Source of the DNA: Octopus sinensis
Lineage: Eukaryota
Assembly: GCF_006345805.1 (NCBI RefSeq)
Contig: NC_043020.1
Location: 10,664,001-10,728,000, forward strand
Length of the DNA stretch: 64,000 nucleotides
Reading direction: 5' to 3'
Part shown: piece after piece, positions 11,494 to 24,121 of the stretch
Layout: each line of letters starts with the position of its first letter
How positions within the stretch are numbered: position 1 is the stretch's first letter
The notes under the pieces: generated by a model
The model's database searches: none
What the model saw: only the letters and a program-made list of their open reading frames with translations
What the model was told of the DNA's origin: nothing
Made by a program: the position numbers and the translations under genes

Positions 11494-11575
11494 TGGACCT
11501 GATGAGTGACAATATTTAAATTGAATTGATTTTACTGTCAGTTTAAAAATATAGCCACAAAACACGTGTAGTCTA
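11494..11575 (+). ncRNA. Degenerate type I hammerhead motif (GAAA mutated to AAAA)
   Basis: TGGAC-CTGATGA-GTG...CAC-AAAA-CACGTG-TA/GTCTA; long AT-rich stem II loop. Confidence 0.55.
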
Positions 11576-12762
11576 TTTACTAATTATATACTATTTATTT
11601 ATTATTTCGTACTTAATTTAGTTCTTGGTAAATGTTTTATCGTATCTTCAATTTTTTTTTCCATATGGTATGATTTAAGTATATCATTGTTGAATTGCTA
11701 CATGGTGGTTCTTCTCTAATTCATAAATATATATATATGTTTGTGTGTGTGTGTCTGGAGGTGCGTGGCTTCATGGTTAGGGTGTCAGCATCATGATCGT
11801 AAGATTGTGGTTTCGATTCCTGGACCGGGCGACGCGTTGTGTTCTTGAGCAAAACACTTCATTTCACGTTGCTCCAGTCCACTCAGCTGGCAAAAATGAG
11901 TAATGCTACAATGGACTAGCATCCCATCCAGCTGGGGAACACATATGCCATAGAAACCAGCAAACTGGGCCCATGAGCCTGGCTAGGCTTTAAAAGGGCA
12001 CATTTATTATATATATATATATATATATATAACTCAAAGATAAAAAGCAACAGATGGAAATTGTCAAAACATAACCAGCAAGGAAAGGACAATAGCACAA
12101 CAACGGCAAACAGGACAAAACAAGATTCATGAATCATTCACAGCCAACTGATTCTTCAGTCGGCATCTGCAATGTCCACGTAGTTTCACTCAATCCTCTC
12201 TGATACTACTCGAAACCAGTTGGGCCAAGGGCTTAAGCTGAAGGCATTAAGTCCCTGAGCAAGGCAAACGAATGTACATATACAAGCACAAGGAAATAAC
12301 AAATAGAAAGGGTCTTTTGACTATTGGATGAACATAACATAAGATATAGAATTATACACATACAATGGACAAAAACCTTTCGGCTATACAACAAAAATTA
12401 AAAAACAGTCTTTTGATTACCAGACAGTATAGTAAGCTAGCCCAAAGGAAAAGGAAATGGAAAAAATCATGACTGACCGGGTGATGACACAGAACAGAAC
12501 AGATGCGACTGACTTCAAAGGCGGTCAGACGAAAGAGAACGAAAATGGAAAAAACAGACAGCGATCACATGGTAGAGGAGGGGAGGAATTGAAGAAGGCA
12601 AAGGGACTAAGAAATAGAGAGAAAGGTAATTAAGTTAATGTCCGGTCATAGAGTGACCAATGGTTACACGTCCACAAAGGCCTTAGCCTCACGGATGTCT
12701 TGTTAGATTCTATAGCTGAAGACAGCCTCCAAGAGGTGAAGAATTACATTTGTGTTTGGCTT

Positions 12763-12825
12763 TAGAGTCTGATGAGATGTCCACAAGGCTAGAGCTTTGT
12801 GGATATGAAACCACTGGTCACTCTA
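12763..12825 (+). ncRNA. Type I hammerhead motif with long stem II
   Basis: TAGAGT-CTGATGA-G-ATGTCCACAAGGC(TAGA)GCTTTGTGGATAT-GAAA-CCACTGG-TC/ACTCTA; GUC triplet; stem II closing G-C pair apparently lost. Confidence 0.72.
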
Positions 12826-12932
12826 TGACCGAGCATTAACTTTATTACTTTTAGTACATTGCTGCTCAATGCTTTAGAGTGTATTTTTTCGGATTTATGA
12901 TACATTGACGATGTGTGTATTTGTGTGTGCGC

Positions 12933-13629
12933 GGAAGGATATATTATCTGGGTGGATACCATATTAGCTCCCAGTTAAGCGCCAGTTAACAGCTAACCAC
13001 AACAATCAGTATTCGACATCTATGTCTACATTTAGTTGTTAGTCATTCCATGAATTCTTCCGAGGGATAATTCTGTGTACTTGTTGCAGGATGGTAAGAA
13101 TTGTCCGGAGTATATCTAAATATTAATAAGAATAAAGAGTATGGAGACTTGTACATCCACCAAATTTATTTTATAGTTATATGCAACATATTATAATGAC
13201 CTGTATGTGTTTCTGTTGCAGTGACTGCTCACTGTTGCAAGTGCAAACTTGCAATATTGTTGTAAATTTGCTTCAATCAGTACTTCAGGGACGACCAAAT
13301 GGATGGACCCTGATGAAGCTGCATCAACAATATTGCAAAGTTGCATTTGCAACAGTGAGTGGTCACTACAGCGGAAACATGTGTAGGCCGTTATAATATC
13401 GTGTATATAACTATAAAATAAATTTGGTGGATGTACAAGTCTCCATACTCTTTATTCTTATCAATATTAAATAGATACTCCAGACAATTCTAACCATCCA
13501 GCAACGAGTACACAGAAATATCCATCGGAAGAATTCATGGAGTTACTAACTACTGATTATTGTGGTTAGCTGTTAACTGGCACTTAATTGAAAGCTAATA
13601 TGGTATCCACCCAGATAAAATATCCTTCC
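12933..13629. mobile_element. Foldback element (~230-250-bp inverted arms) enclosing a hammerhead-like motif at 13305-13389
   Basis: Arms 12933-13182 and 13404-13629 are reverse complements; centre has GGACC-CTGATGA-AGCTG...CAGCG-GAAA-CATGTG-TA/GGCC. Confidence 0.75.
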
Positions 13630-13635
13630 AAACTC

Positions 13636-13666
<31 letters not shown>

Positions 13667-13789
13667 AACACACAAATATATGTTATTACTGCCATCATCA
13701 TTATCACAAGTGTCATATGTATTACATAATTGTCATGTGTGTGTGTGTGTGTGGAAGGATATATTATCTGGGTGGATACCATATTATGT

Positions 13790-14665
13790 ATAAAAAATAT
13801 ATATAAAAATACAAAATGGGACAAGAACACAAAACATTCAAATAGACGACACAACAAATGGATGGGTCATTCGAAGCCTCTAATCTTCAGTCAAGAACCG
13901 GGTCATCCTCGCAATTTCAGCTGTTTAATCTTGAGATCGCTCTGATCCGGCCAGCCCCAAGGAAAAACTAAGCTATGAGCATTAGATTTCTTGGAAAGAG
14001 GATCGAATGTATACGAAACAAGGACAGAAAAACGGACGATGCCACACGAATATAAATACAAAAAACAATAATAATAATAATAACAGCACAAAAACAACAG
14101 GTGTCTTTCGACTTTAGACAGTTCAACTTAGCTTAGCTGGCGTATTTGGGAAATAATGCCTTACGGCAGACGAAGAAAAAAAATGTTGTTGTGGTGGCGG
14201 TGCTCAGAAGCCGAAAGGCTAGTTGACCAGCGGTCACGTGAGAAGAGAAGAGAGAGAGAAAAAAAGGGGCAAAGGAATCAAAGAGAGAGAGAAAAAGAGG
14301 GACAAAGGCACCAAAGAGGGGGAGAAAGAAGGAATTAAAGAGGGGAGAAGAAAGAGAGCGTGCCAAGGATTGGCGGGACAACAAAAAGGCAGGGTCAGTG
14401 AGGTGCAAAGTGAGAAAGACAGAGAAATGTGAGAGAGTGGGGGAAGAGGAGACCAGAGAATCAGAGGCGACAAAAGAGAAAGACAGAGACTAGTGAAGTA
14501 TAGAGAAAGAGTGTGTAGAAGTTGTACAAGTAGTGGGATGTTTACATACATAGAAGAGAACAAGGTGTATGTTACGCCGCAATAATGTATGTATAAGAAA
14601 TATATATAAAAATACAAAATGGGACAAGAACGCAAAGCATTCAAATAGACGACACAAAAAACGGA
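13790..14665. mobile_element. Non-coding element with direct repeats (period ~803 nt) and a GA-rich interior; same family as 8700-8840
   Basis: AAAATACAAAATGGGACAAGAAC...AGACGACAC at about 13806 and 14609. Confidence 0.5.
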
Positions 14666-16554
14666 CGTAGCTCTGGAGTGACTGTGTGGTAAGTAGCTTG
14701 CTAACCAACCACATGGTTCCGGGTTCAGTCCCACTGCGTGGCATCTTGGGCAAGTGTCTTCTGCTATAGCCCTGGGCCGACCAATGCCTTGCGAGTAGAT
14801 TTGGTAGACGGAAACTGAAAGAAGCCTGTTGTATATATGTATATATATATAAGTGTGTGTGTATGTGTTTGTGTGTCTGTGTTTGTCCCCCTAGCATTGC
14901 TTGACAACCGATGCTGGTGTGTTTACGTCCCCGTCACTTAGCGGTTCAGCAAAAAGACCGATAAAACAAGTACTGGGCTTACAAAGAATAAGTCCCAGGG
15001 TCGATTTGCTCAACTAAAGGCGGTGCTCCAGCATGGCCGCAGTCAAATGACTGAAACAAGTAAAAGAGTAAAAGAGAGAGAGCTCTCAGTTAACAGCCAG
15101 TCAAATCTTTTACACATGCGACCGGCGCGGGTGCCAGTAAGGCGATGCTGGTAACGATCCCGCTCGAATGGTGGTTTTTATGTGCCACCAGCACGGAGGC
15201 CAGATAGCCGCTCTGGCAACGATCATGCTCGGATGGTGCTCCTAATACCCTACTAGCACGGGGCTCGAGTGCCAGTAGTACGACGCTGGTAACAATCACA
15301 CTCGAATGGTGCCTTTTAAATGCCACTGGCACGGAAGCCGGTTAGACGCTCTGTCAATGATCACACTCGTATGGTGCTCTTTGCACCCCGCTAGCACGGA
15401 CGCCAGTCATCGAATTGATTTTGATTTCATATATATATATATATATCATCATCATCATCATCACCGCTTAGTGTCCGCTTTCCATGCTGGCATGAGCTGG
15501 ACAGTCCAACTGAGGTCTGGGAAGCCAGAAGGCTGCACCAGGCCCAGTCTGATCTGGCAATGTTTCTATGGCTGGATGCCCTTCCTAACACCAACCACTC
15601 CATGAGTGTAGTGGGTGCTTTTTACGTGCCACCAGCACAGGTGCCAGGGGAGGATGGAAAACAGCCACGATCGGATGGTGCTTTTTACATGCCACCGGCA
15701 CGGAGGCCAGGCGAGGCTGCAAACGGCCACGATCGGATGGAGCTTTTTACGTGCCACCGGCACGGAGGCCAGGCCAGGCTGGCAACAGCCACAATCGGAT
15801 GGTGTTATATATATATAAAAACCATATAACTCAGGTAGAGATTTAGAAAGCAAGCAAATATGAATAAACAAGCAAAACAAAATAGTTTTACAAGTAATTA
15901 ACATTTCTGCTAATAATGATTACTTATTTAATGAATATCTTATAAAGTTTCATTACATTTAAGTATACATCTGATTAAATATATTGAAAGGTAAACAATA
16001 ATATTCTTAATAATAAAGAAATGTAGAGTAGTTTACAACATCAGAGCGTCAATAGATAATTAACTGAACTTGCCTCGTTATACAAGCTGTGATTAGGTGA
16101 TAGAGAGATAGCAGGAGGGGGCATTGGTTTACCAACAGGGTTACTCTCTCTCTCTTTTACTCTTTTACTTGTTTCAGTCATTGACTGCGGCCATGCTGGA
16201 GCACCGCCTTTAGTCGAGCAACTCGACCCCAGGACTCATTCTTTTGTAAGCCCAGTACTTATCCTATCGGTCTCTTTTGCCGAACATTAAGTGACAGGGA
16301 CATAAACACACCAGCATCGGTTGTCAAGCAATGCTAGGGGGACAAACACAGACACACAAACACATATATATATATATATACACATATATACAATGGGCTT
16401 CTTTCAGTTTCCGTCTACAAAATCCACTCGCTAGGCTTTGGTCGGCCCGGGGCTATAGCAGAAGACACTTGCCCAAGATGCCATGCAGTGGGACTGGACC
16501 CGGAACTGTGTGGTTGATAAGCAAGCTACTTACCACACAGCCACTCCTGCGCCA

Positions 16555-16599
<45 letters not shown>

Positions 16600-16794
16600 C
16601 ACAAACACACAAATATATGTTATCACCACCATCACCATCATCATAATAATTGTCATGTGTATTACACCTGCTTTTTCGTGCTGGCATGAACTGGACAGGT
16701 TATACCCAGATACCCACCCTCTTCCCAAATGCTTGTACACAGATATCACCCCCACGTCCCCACAAATGCACACACTGTATTCGTAGGTACTTAC

Positions 16795-16944
16795 CAGTAA
16801 GATTCATGAAGCATAAGTTACTTTGGTACTTGATAGCTCTGAACACAGGTAATATGATGCTAGGAGTCAAGGCCATATGAGGTAAGGTAAGATCACCCGA
16901 GGTTTCACACTGTTCTAACTGCTGGCTTATCTTTCCAACGACAA
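16795..16944 (-). CDS. TONSL: TONSL exon: first LRR
   Basis: TTATTGCAG|TT...ACTG|GTAAGT; (V)VVGKISQQLEQCETSGDLTLPHMALTPSIILPVFRAIKYQSNLCFMNLT; 150 nt, phase 1/1. Confidence 0.9.
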
Positions 16945-18251
16945 CTGCAATAAAATAATGATTTCATCTTTAACAAAGTTAATATCATAATTAAATCTCA
17001 GAATGAGATTGGTATGAATCAAACAATTACCATTATCATAATTATTAAGAGTTTCATGTTCTCTCAATGTTGTTTCCTTTTGTAGCCGAGTGCCTTCCCG
17101 ATACCTAGGGCAAAGAAATTCCCTATATACATTGATAGGCCATTAAAATATATTTCTTTGCTACCCACATGGGGGCTAAACACGGAGGTGACAAACAAGG
17201 ACAGACAAACGGATTAAGTCGATTACATCGCCCCCAGTGCGTAACTGGTACTTAAATTTATTGACCCCGAAAGGATGAAAGGCAAAGTCGACCTCGGCGG
17301 AATTTGAACCCAGAACGTAACGGCAGACGAAATATGGCTACGCATTTCGCCCGGCGCGCTAACGTTTCTGCCAAGGCCATTAAAATAGACACACCAGATT
17401 GTTCAGAAGAGTTTGCAGTGTGTCTCTCTTGAGATGGTCAACCTAATGCTTAGTAATAAGTGTATATTACTTCTTTATACTCTTTCCGGGTCCATTGGCC
17501 CCTCTTACACTTTTCTTTTTATGGTGACTGTGGTGGTGGACTTGGAGGGCTCAAGTTGGGGCACTTCCAGTTCAAGTGACTATCCAGCTTAACCACAGGA
17601 CAAGTGATTTAACTTTCCTTTTTGTTTCATAAGACATTTTTGTGTTACATTAATATCATTTATTATTATTTATTAATAATAATAATAATGATAATATTGG
17701 CAAATAAATGAAACCACCGCCACCGCCACCACCATTGAGTGAGAGAGCAGAGCATGCCATCAAAGTGACACTGGGGCAAAATATACAAAGCCCAGTATAC
17801 CCATCATGACTACCTGTCTGGTAAGGGTACACCAGGCACATTCATCATAACCATATGTGTGCGACATGGTGAGTGAATGACCTTGCAGGTGGGGCCCAGT
17901 TAGGATTTTCTCCAGGTCAAGTAGCCCATCCCACTCAAATGGTCCTTGAACAAGGGTTGTTTAAATATGTTAAATGAAACACCCATGTTTCCAGAGGTGA
18001 ATTATTTTAAACTCTAAAGAATTCCTCTCAACACATGGCTATGATGCTCCCCCACTACTTCTGCTCGTGATCAGAGATGCACATATCGTCAGCCACTGAG
18101 GGACATGCTCAACTGGTTACGGTCAAACAATTGATAAGCAAATCTGTGGTATTGAGCAGAATATTTGTTGTAGCCCATTTTTTATTCCAAGACAAAACAA
18201 TGTACATGATAACACTTCCAATCAATTAAGATCAGAAGCCATGAGAGCCAC

Positions 18252-18284
<33 letters not shown>

Positions 18285-19759
18285 GGTGGTGAGCTGACAG
18301 AATCGTTAGCACGTCAGACAAAAAAACTTAATGGCATTTTATCTGTCTTTATGTTCTGAGTTCAAATTCTGCTGAGGTCGACTTTTCTTTCATCCTTTTG
18401 GGAGTACTGGGGTCAAAATAATAAACTTACTCCATCCTCCAAAATTGTTGGCCTTGTGCCGAAATTTGAACCCCCCCCCCAAAAACAACAACAACCATAC
18501 TACTATTACAATTATTATTCTGTTAGAACAATGGACAAAATGCTCACAGGTGTTTTGCCCATCTTTAAGTCCTGAGTTCAAATAATGTTGAGGTAGACTT
18601 TGCCTTTCACCCTTTTGGGGTTTATAAAATAAGTACCAGTTGAGAACTGGTGTCAACGCAAGCAACTAAACCCCCCACCACCACCACCAAAAAATTGCAG
18701 GCATTTTGTGTATATGTAGAAGCAATTATCAATATAATAATATTTGGACTAATATCTTCTAATTCTTAAAGACTCCGCCGGTTATGACGACGAGGGTCCC
18801 AGCTGATACGATCAACGGAACAGCTTGCTCATGAAATTAACGTGCAAATGGCTGAGCATTCTACAGACACGTGTACCCTTAACGTAGTTCTCGGGGATAA
18901 TCAGCGTGACACAGAGAGTGACAAGGCTGACCCTTTGAAATACAAGTACAACTCATTTTTGCCAGCTGAGTGGACTGGAGCAATGTGAAATAAAGTGTCT
19001 TGCTCAAGGACACAACGCGTCGCCGGGAATCGAACTCACAACCTTACGATCATGAGCCGAATCCCCTAACCACTAAGCCACATGCCCTCACATCTTCTAA
19101 TTACAATGATTCAGTTGTTGAGAAACATTCTACCTGCCTGGATATAATAAAGGGTTTGGTTTGGAAATCTGAGAATGTTACTAAAGCTGACAGGCACCTG
19201 AAGAAGGGTGAAGAGTGCAATAACTGAAATATAACAATAACAACCAAGATAAACACACCTATCTCAGTTTATCAATTTATAGTAATGGAAATTCTCGAAG
19301 TAAGGAGAAGGATACAATGAATGAAAAGACGTCACTATGACAACCAAGATATAAACATTAACCTTAATATATCAATGTATATGAATTTGTTTGCTCCTTC
19401 TTGAGCCATGGTTGGCCCATAAGGGCCAGTTTCCCTGTTTCCTTGGCGTATAGGTTCCCCACCTGAATGGGACACCGGTCCGTCGCAGTTGAGCTGCAAG
19501 CATGGAAAAGTGGACATCAAAAATGAGCTTGATATTTGATACACCTAAACAAAGGCACTACATTTTAGTTCCTCAAAGCAAGATATTTTATTCACTGAGG
19601 AGAGTACACATCTACACACACACACATATGGCGGGACAGAGAGAGAAAAAGACACACAGACATAGGAGCCAATAAGCGAATATCTATGTAGTCACTGGAC
19701 CTGCTAAAAACAGCAGTTAAATCTACCTCAAACTACATGCTATCATCCTGTAACGAGAA

Positions 19760-19806
<47 letters not shown>

Positions 19807-20924
19807 CAAAAAGATGTAGTCCAAAACAGAATATGCTTAACTTATTAGCATTTAAACCAGCCATACACAGCCAAAATATTTTACATATTCTATGTTGGCA
19901 CATAAAAAGCACCATCCGATTGTGGCCGTTGCCAGCCTTGTCTGGCCCCCGTGCAGGTGGCACGTAAAAAGCACCCACTACACACTCGGAGTGGTTGGCG
20001 TTAGGAAGGGCAACCAGCCGTAGAAACTCTGCCAGATCAAGATTGGGCCTGGCGCAGCCTACTGGCTTCCCAGACCCCGGTCGAACCATCCAACCCATGC
20101 TAGCATGGAAAATGGATGTTAAACGATGATGATGATATGTTCAAACTGGCCAGATCTTGCCTCTCACGTCAACCCTACATTTTAATAGTTACCTCATCAA
20201 AACAATGTGAACAAACAAGCATTACATTTGACAGAGTAATGTAAATGCTAAAGCGTTATTAACCACAGGATAGTGATGGTTAGAAGTCGGCGAGCTGGCA
20301 GAAACGTTAGCATGCCGGGCGAAATGCTTAGCAGTATTTCGTCTGCATTACGTTGTGAGTTCAAATTCCGCCGAGGTCGACTTTGCCTTTCATCCGTTCG
20401 GGGTTGATAAATTAAGTACCAGTTACGCACTGGGGTCGATGTAATCGACTTAATACCTATGTCTGTACTTGTTTGTCCCCTCTGTGTTTAGCCCCTTGTG
20501 GGTAATAAAGAAATAGGTTAGAGGGTCTTTGATCATATATCTGCTCAATCATGGCTGACCTAGGGTTATAGAACATCAAATGTCATTCTGAAAAGTTTTC
20601 TTGTAATTAAGTAATTAACCAGTAAACAGTGTCTGGTGAAGTTATCTTCCACTGCCACCGTTTAAAGTCTGTCTTCTGCACTGGCGCAGATGGAATGCCA
20701 CACTTGCAGATGAAATGAAGGAGAAAGGGGAAAACGTGTATGAAGACTTGAAAAAATGTTAAGGAGTGGAGTAAACTGTAAACTTGAGAAAACAACTGTG
20801 GTGTTGATTTTTAGGACAAACATACTCATTTGTTTCGCTTAGAGAGGATTAAAAGAAATATGAGATGGTGCAGACACAGTTTTTCCAAGACCAAAGACAG
20901 CCAACTTACCATTTTATAGTAATA

Positions 20925-21481
20925 CTAGCAGTACAGCCCAGCGTTGCTCGGGTTTGTTTTTTATTTTAGTTGCGCTTAAAACAGCAAACTTTGATGTCAC
21001 GATAACAAAGTTTTGACATAGTTTCAATCTATGAATAAAAGTATAGTGTGGCGATGCTCGAATTTGCTCTGAATATGCTGCAAATGTGTAATCCCGACTT
21101 CAATTGTTGGTATTTTTGGTTAATATTTCTTCTATTAACATTATGGAGAAGGAAATTGCTCGTAGATTTAAAGCAAAATGAAGATCAAGTTTCGAACTGC
21201 ACTGAAAAATCTATTAAGAAGTTAACACTGCAACAGTATTCATTAAGAAAAAGTACAGAGCAGTCAAAAAAATTGTAAAAAATAAGGAGTTTCATAGAAA
21301 AAAAGCACCTTTTTGATGTAAATAATTTTTGGTCTTAACATGGTTCAATTTGAATTTTTTCTTCTATCATACTCTCAATTTTGGTCAACTTGCGCCGCAG
21401 GGTCTCGGAGGAGATAGTGTTAGTTGAAGGCTACCAAACCTACCACACACACACAGACAACTTCAGCTTTATATATAAAGA
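20925..21481 (-). mobile_element. Non-autonomous Helitron
   Basis: Minus strand begins A|TC and ends with a CCCGAGCAACGCTGGG hairpin followed by CTAG|T. Confidence 0.75.
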
Positions 21482-22631
21482 TATATAGGAATATATATAT
21501 ACATCAGACACATGACATCAGTAATTACTCAGGGTAGGCAGTTTGTGATGTTTATGTAGTAAAACACACAAAAAAATAAGCAAAACACAGGCATACAACT
21601 GACTTGGAGGCAGATTTACTTCTGCCTTTATAGTATATAAAGAAAATGTTGTTGTAGGAATGTACGCAGCATGTGTACTACAGCAGTGCTATGCATAGCT
21701 TTAATACTGAGATGTGGAGGCACATGGCCTAGTGGTTAGAGCAGCGGACTCGCGGTTGAGGGATCGTGGGTTCGAATCTCAGACTGGGCGATTGTGTTTA
21801 TGAACGAAAACACCTAAGCTCCACGCGACTCCAGCAGAAGGTAATGGCAAACTTCTGCTGACTCTTTCGCCACAACTTTCTCTCACTCTTTCCTCCTGCA
21901 TCTTGCAGCTCACCTGTGACGGACCGGTGTCCCGTCCAGGTGGGGAGCCTATACGCCAAGAAATCGGGAAACCGGCCCTTATGAGCCAAGCATGGCTCGA
22001 GAAGGAACAAACAAAAACAAAATACTGAGATTGAAAGGCAGGGGCGAATTATGCCTGCCTAATCATCATCATCGACATTTAACATCTGCCTTCCATGCTG
22101 GCATGGGCTGGCAAGCCTGAAGGCTGCACCAGGCTCTAATCTACAAAAAAACTAAATATTTTGTATTTTATGCATAGTAATCAGAGTAATCTTCGTAATT
22201 TTATAGAATCAGGAGGTGCATATTTTGCCATAAAAAGAAAATGTTACTATCAATCTCTTTCATTCAGGGTAGGCAGTGTTTACTTTAACTACCCAGGTGG
22301 CATGTATATATATATATATATATATCACCGTTTTCACCGTGACTAACCAGGCTATCAGATGTAGTTACACATCGCTGGTCACAATGCGTTCGCATTGTTT
22401 TTTAGCCTTCAAATGACGCCACCCCGCTGGCTAAGAGAGCAGGCCAACAGAAGAAAGAGTGAGAGAAAGTTGTGGTGAAAGAGTAGAGCAGGGATCACCA
22501 CCCCCTGCCGGAGCCTCGTGGAGCTTTTAGGTGTTTTCGCTCAATAAACACTCACAACACCCGGTCTAGGAATCAAAACCGCGATCCTACGACCGCGAGT
22601 CCGCTGCCCTAACCACTAGGCCATTGCGCCT

Positions 22632-22670
<39 letters not shown>

Positions 22671-24042
22671 CACATGTATGTATATAAACAAACTTACCTT
22701 TGTTTTTATTAGAACTGTCAAATACCATTACAAGGTGGAAAGATTTGTCAACAAACAGCCATGGGTTTGTTGATAATTTTTTCCACCTTGTAAGGGTAAT
22801 TTAGCCATTATTTCTGCAGTTCTAATGGCAATGCTGTGTTTGAAAAATATCACCTTCTTGTTTGCATCGTACAATACATGTATACATATACATATATATG
22901 CATATATATATATATATATATATATGCATATATATATATAGATAAAATCAAAATCAAAATCGATCAACATCAATGGAAATTGCAGCTGTGATACCAGTGC
23001 CGGTGGTAAAACCATCCGAACGTGGCCGTTGCCAGCGCTGCCCCGACTGGCCTCCGTGCCAGTGGCACATAAAAAGCACCATCCGATGGTGGCCGTTGCC
23101 AGCCTCGCCTGGCACATAAAAGCACCCACTACACTCACAGAGTGGTTGGCGTTAGGAAGGACATCCAGCGGTAGAAACATTGCCAGATCAGACTGGGCCT
23201 GGTGCAGCCTTCTGGCTTCCCAGACCCCAGTTGCATCGTCCAACCAATGCTAGCATGGAAAGCGGATGCTAAACGATGATGATGATAACCGGCAATCCAT
23301 CGCTTACAATGACGAAGGTTCCAGTTGATCTGATCAATGGAACAGCCCGTTTGTGAAATTAATGTGCAAGTGGTTGAGCACTCCACAGACACATGTACTC
23401 TTAACATAGTTCTCAGGCAGATTCAGTGTGATATAGAGTGTGACAAAGCTGGTCCTTTGAAATAAATAGAGGTACTACTCATTTTTGCCAGCGAAGAGAA
23501 CTGGAGCAACCTGAAAAAAAAGTTCTTGCTCAAGGACACAACGGGTCACCGGGAATTGAACTCACGACCTTAAGATCATGAGCCGAATGCCATAACCACT
23601 AAGCCACGCGCCTTCACTCTGCTATTGTAATGGTATGATAAAAGGAAAGGCATTCCACTGCAAAAGATATGAAACAAAAAACAATGTCAAGGCTGACTAC
23701 AGCTGGTTAACAAGTAATCTTTATATTATTTACTTCAAGTTGAGAACAGGTTGGTTAAAAGATCATTAAGTGCAAAACACATGAAAGGAAGAAACACTTC
23801 AACAACAAAGTGACTTTATGATACTGAGGTTAAGATAATATTTTGAATTCCGCCGAGGTCGACTTTGCCTTTCATCCTTTCGGGGTCGATAAATTAAGTA
23901 CCAGTTACGCACTAGGGTCGATGTAATCGACTTAAACCGTTTGTCTTTGTTTGTCTCCTCTGTGTTTAGCCCCTTGTGGGTAGTAAAGAAATATAAAAAA
24001 TAAATATTTTGAACGCTAAAAGGCATGTTTTAGCAAGCTTAC

Positions 24043-24121
24043 CTGTTTTGTTACTTTTACAAGCTTCTGTGTAACGATCTTGGACTTGAGGCAGATCCCA
24101 CGAAGTGACACAACCTTCAAG
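24043..24121 (-). CDS. TONSL: TONSL exon: UBL-LRR junction
   Basis: TTCCCAG|CTT...ACAG|GTAAGC; LEGCVTSWDLPQVQDRYTEACKSNKT, matching human VTSWDLPPLTDRYRRAC; 79 nt, phase 0/1. Confidence 0.93.

Noticed and set aside
20607-20795. Candidate TONSL exon
   Set aside because: The phase-1 frame hits a stop, it shows no LRR similarity, and the exons at 24043 and 16944 already join in phase.
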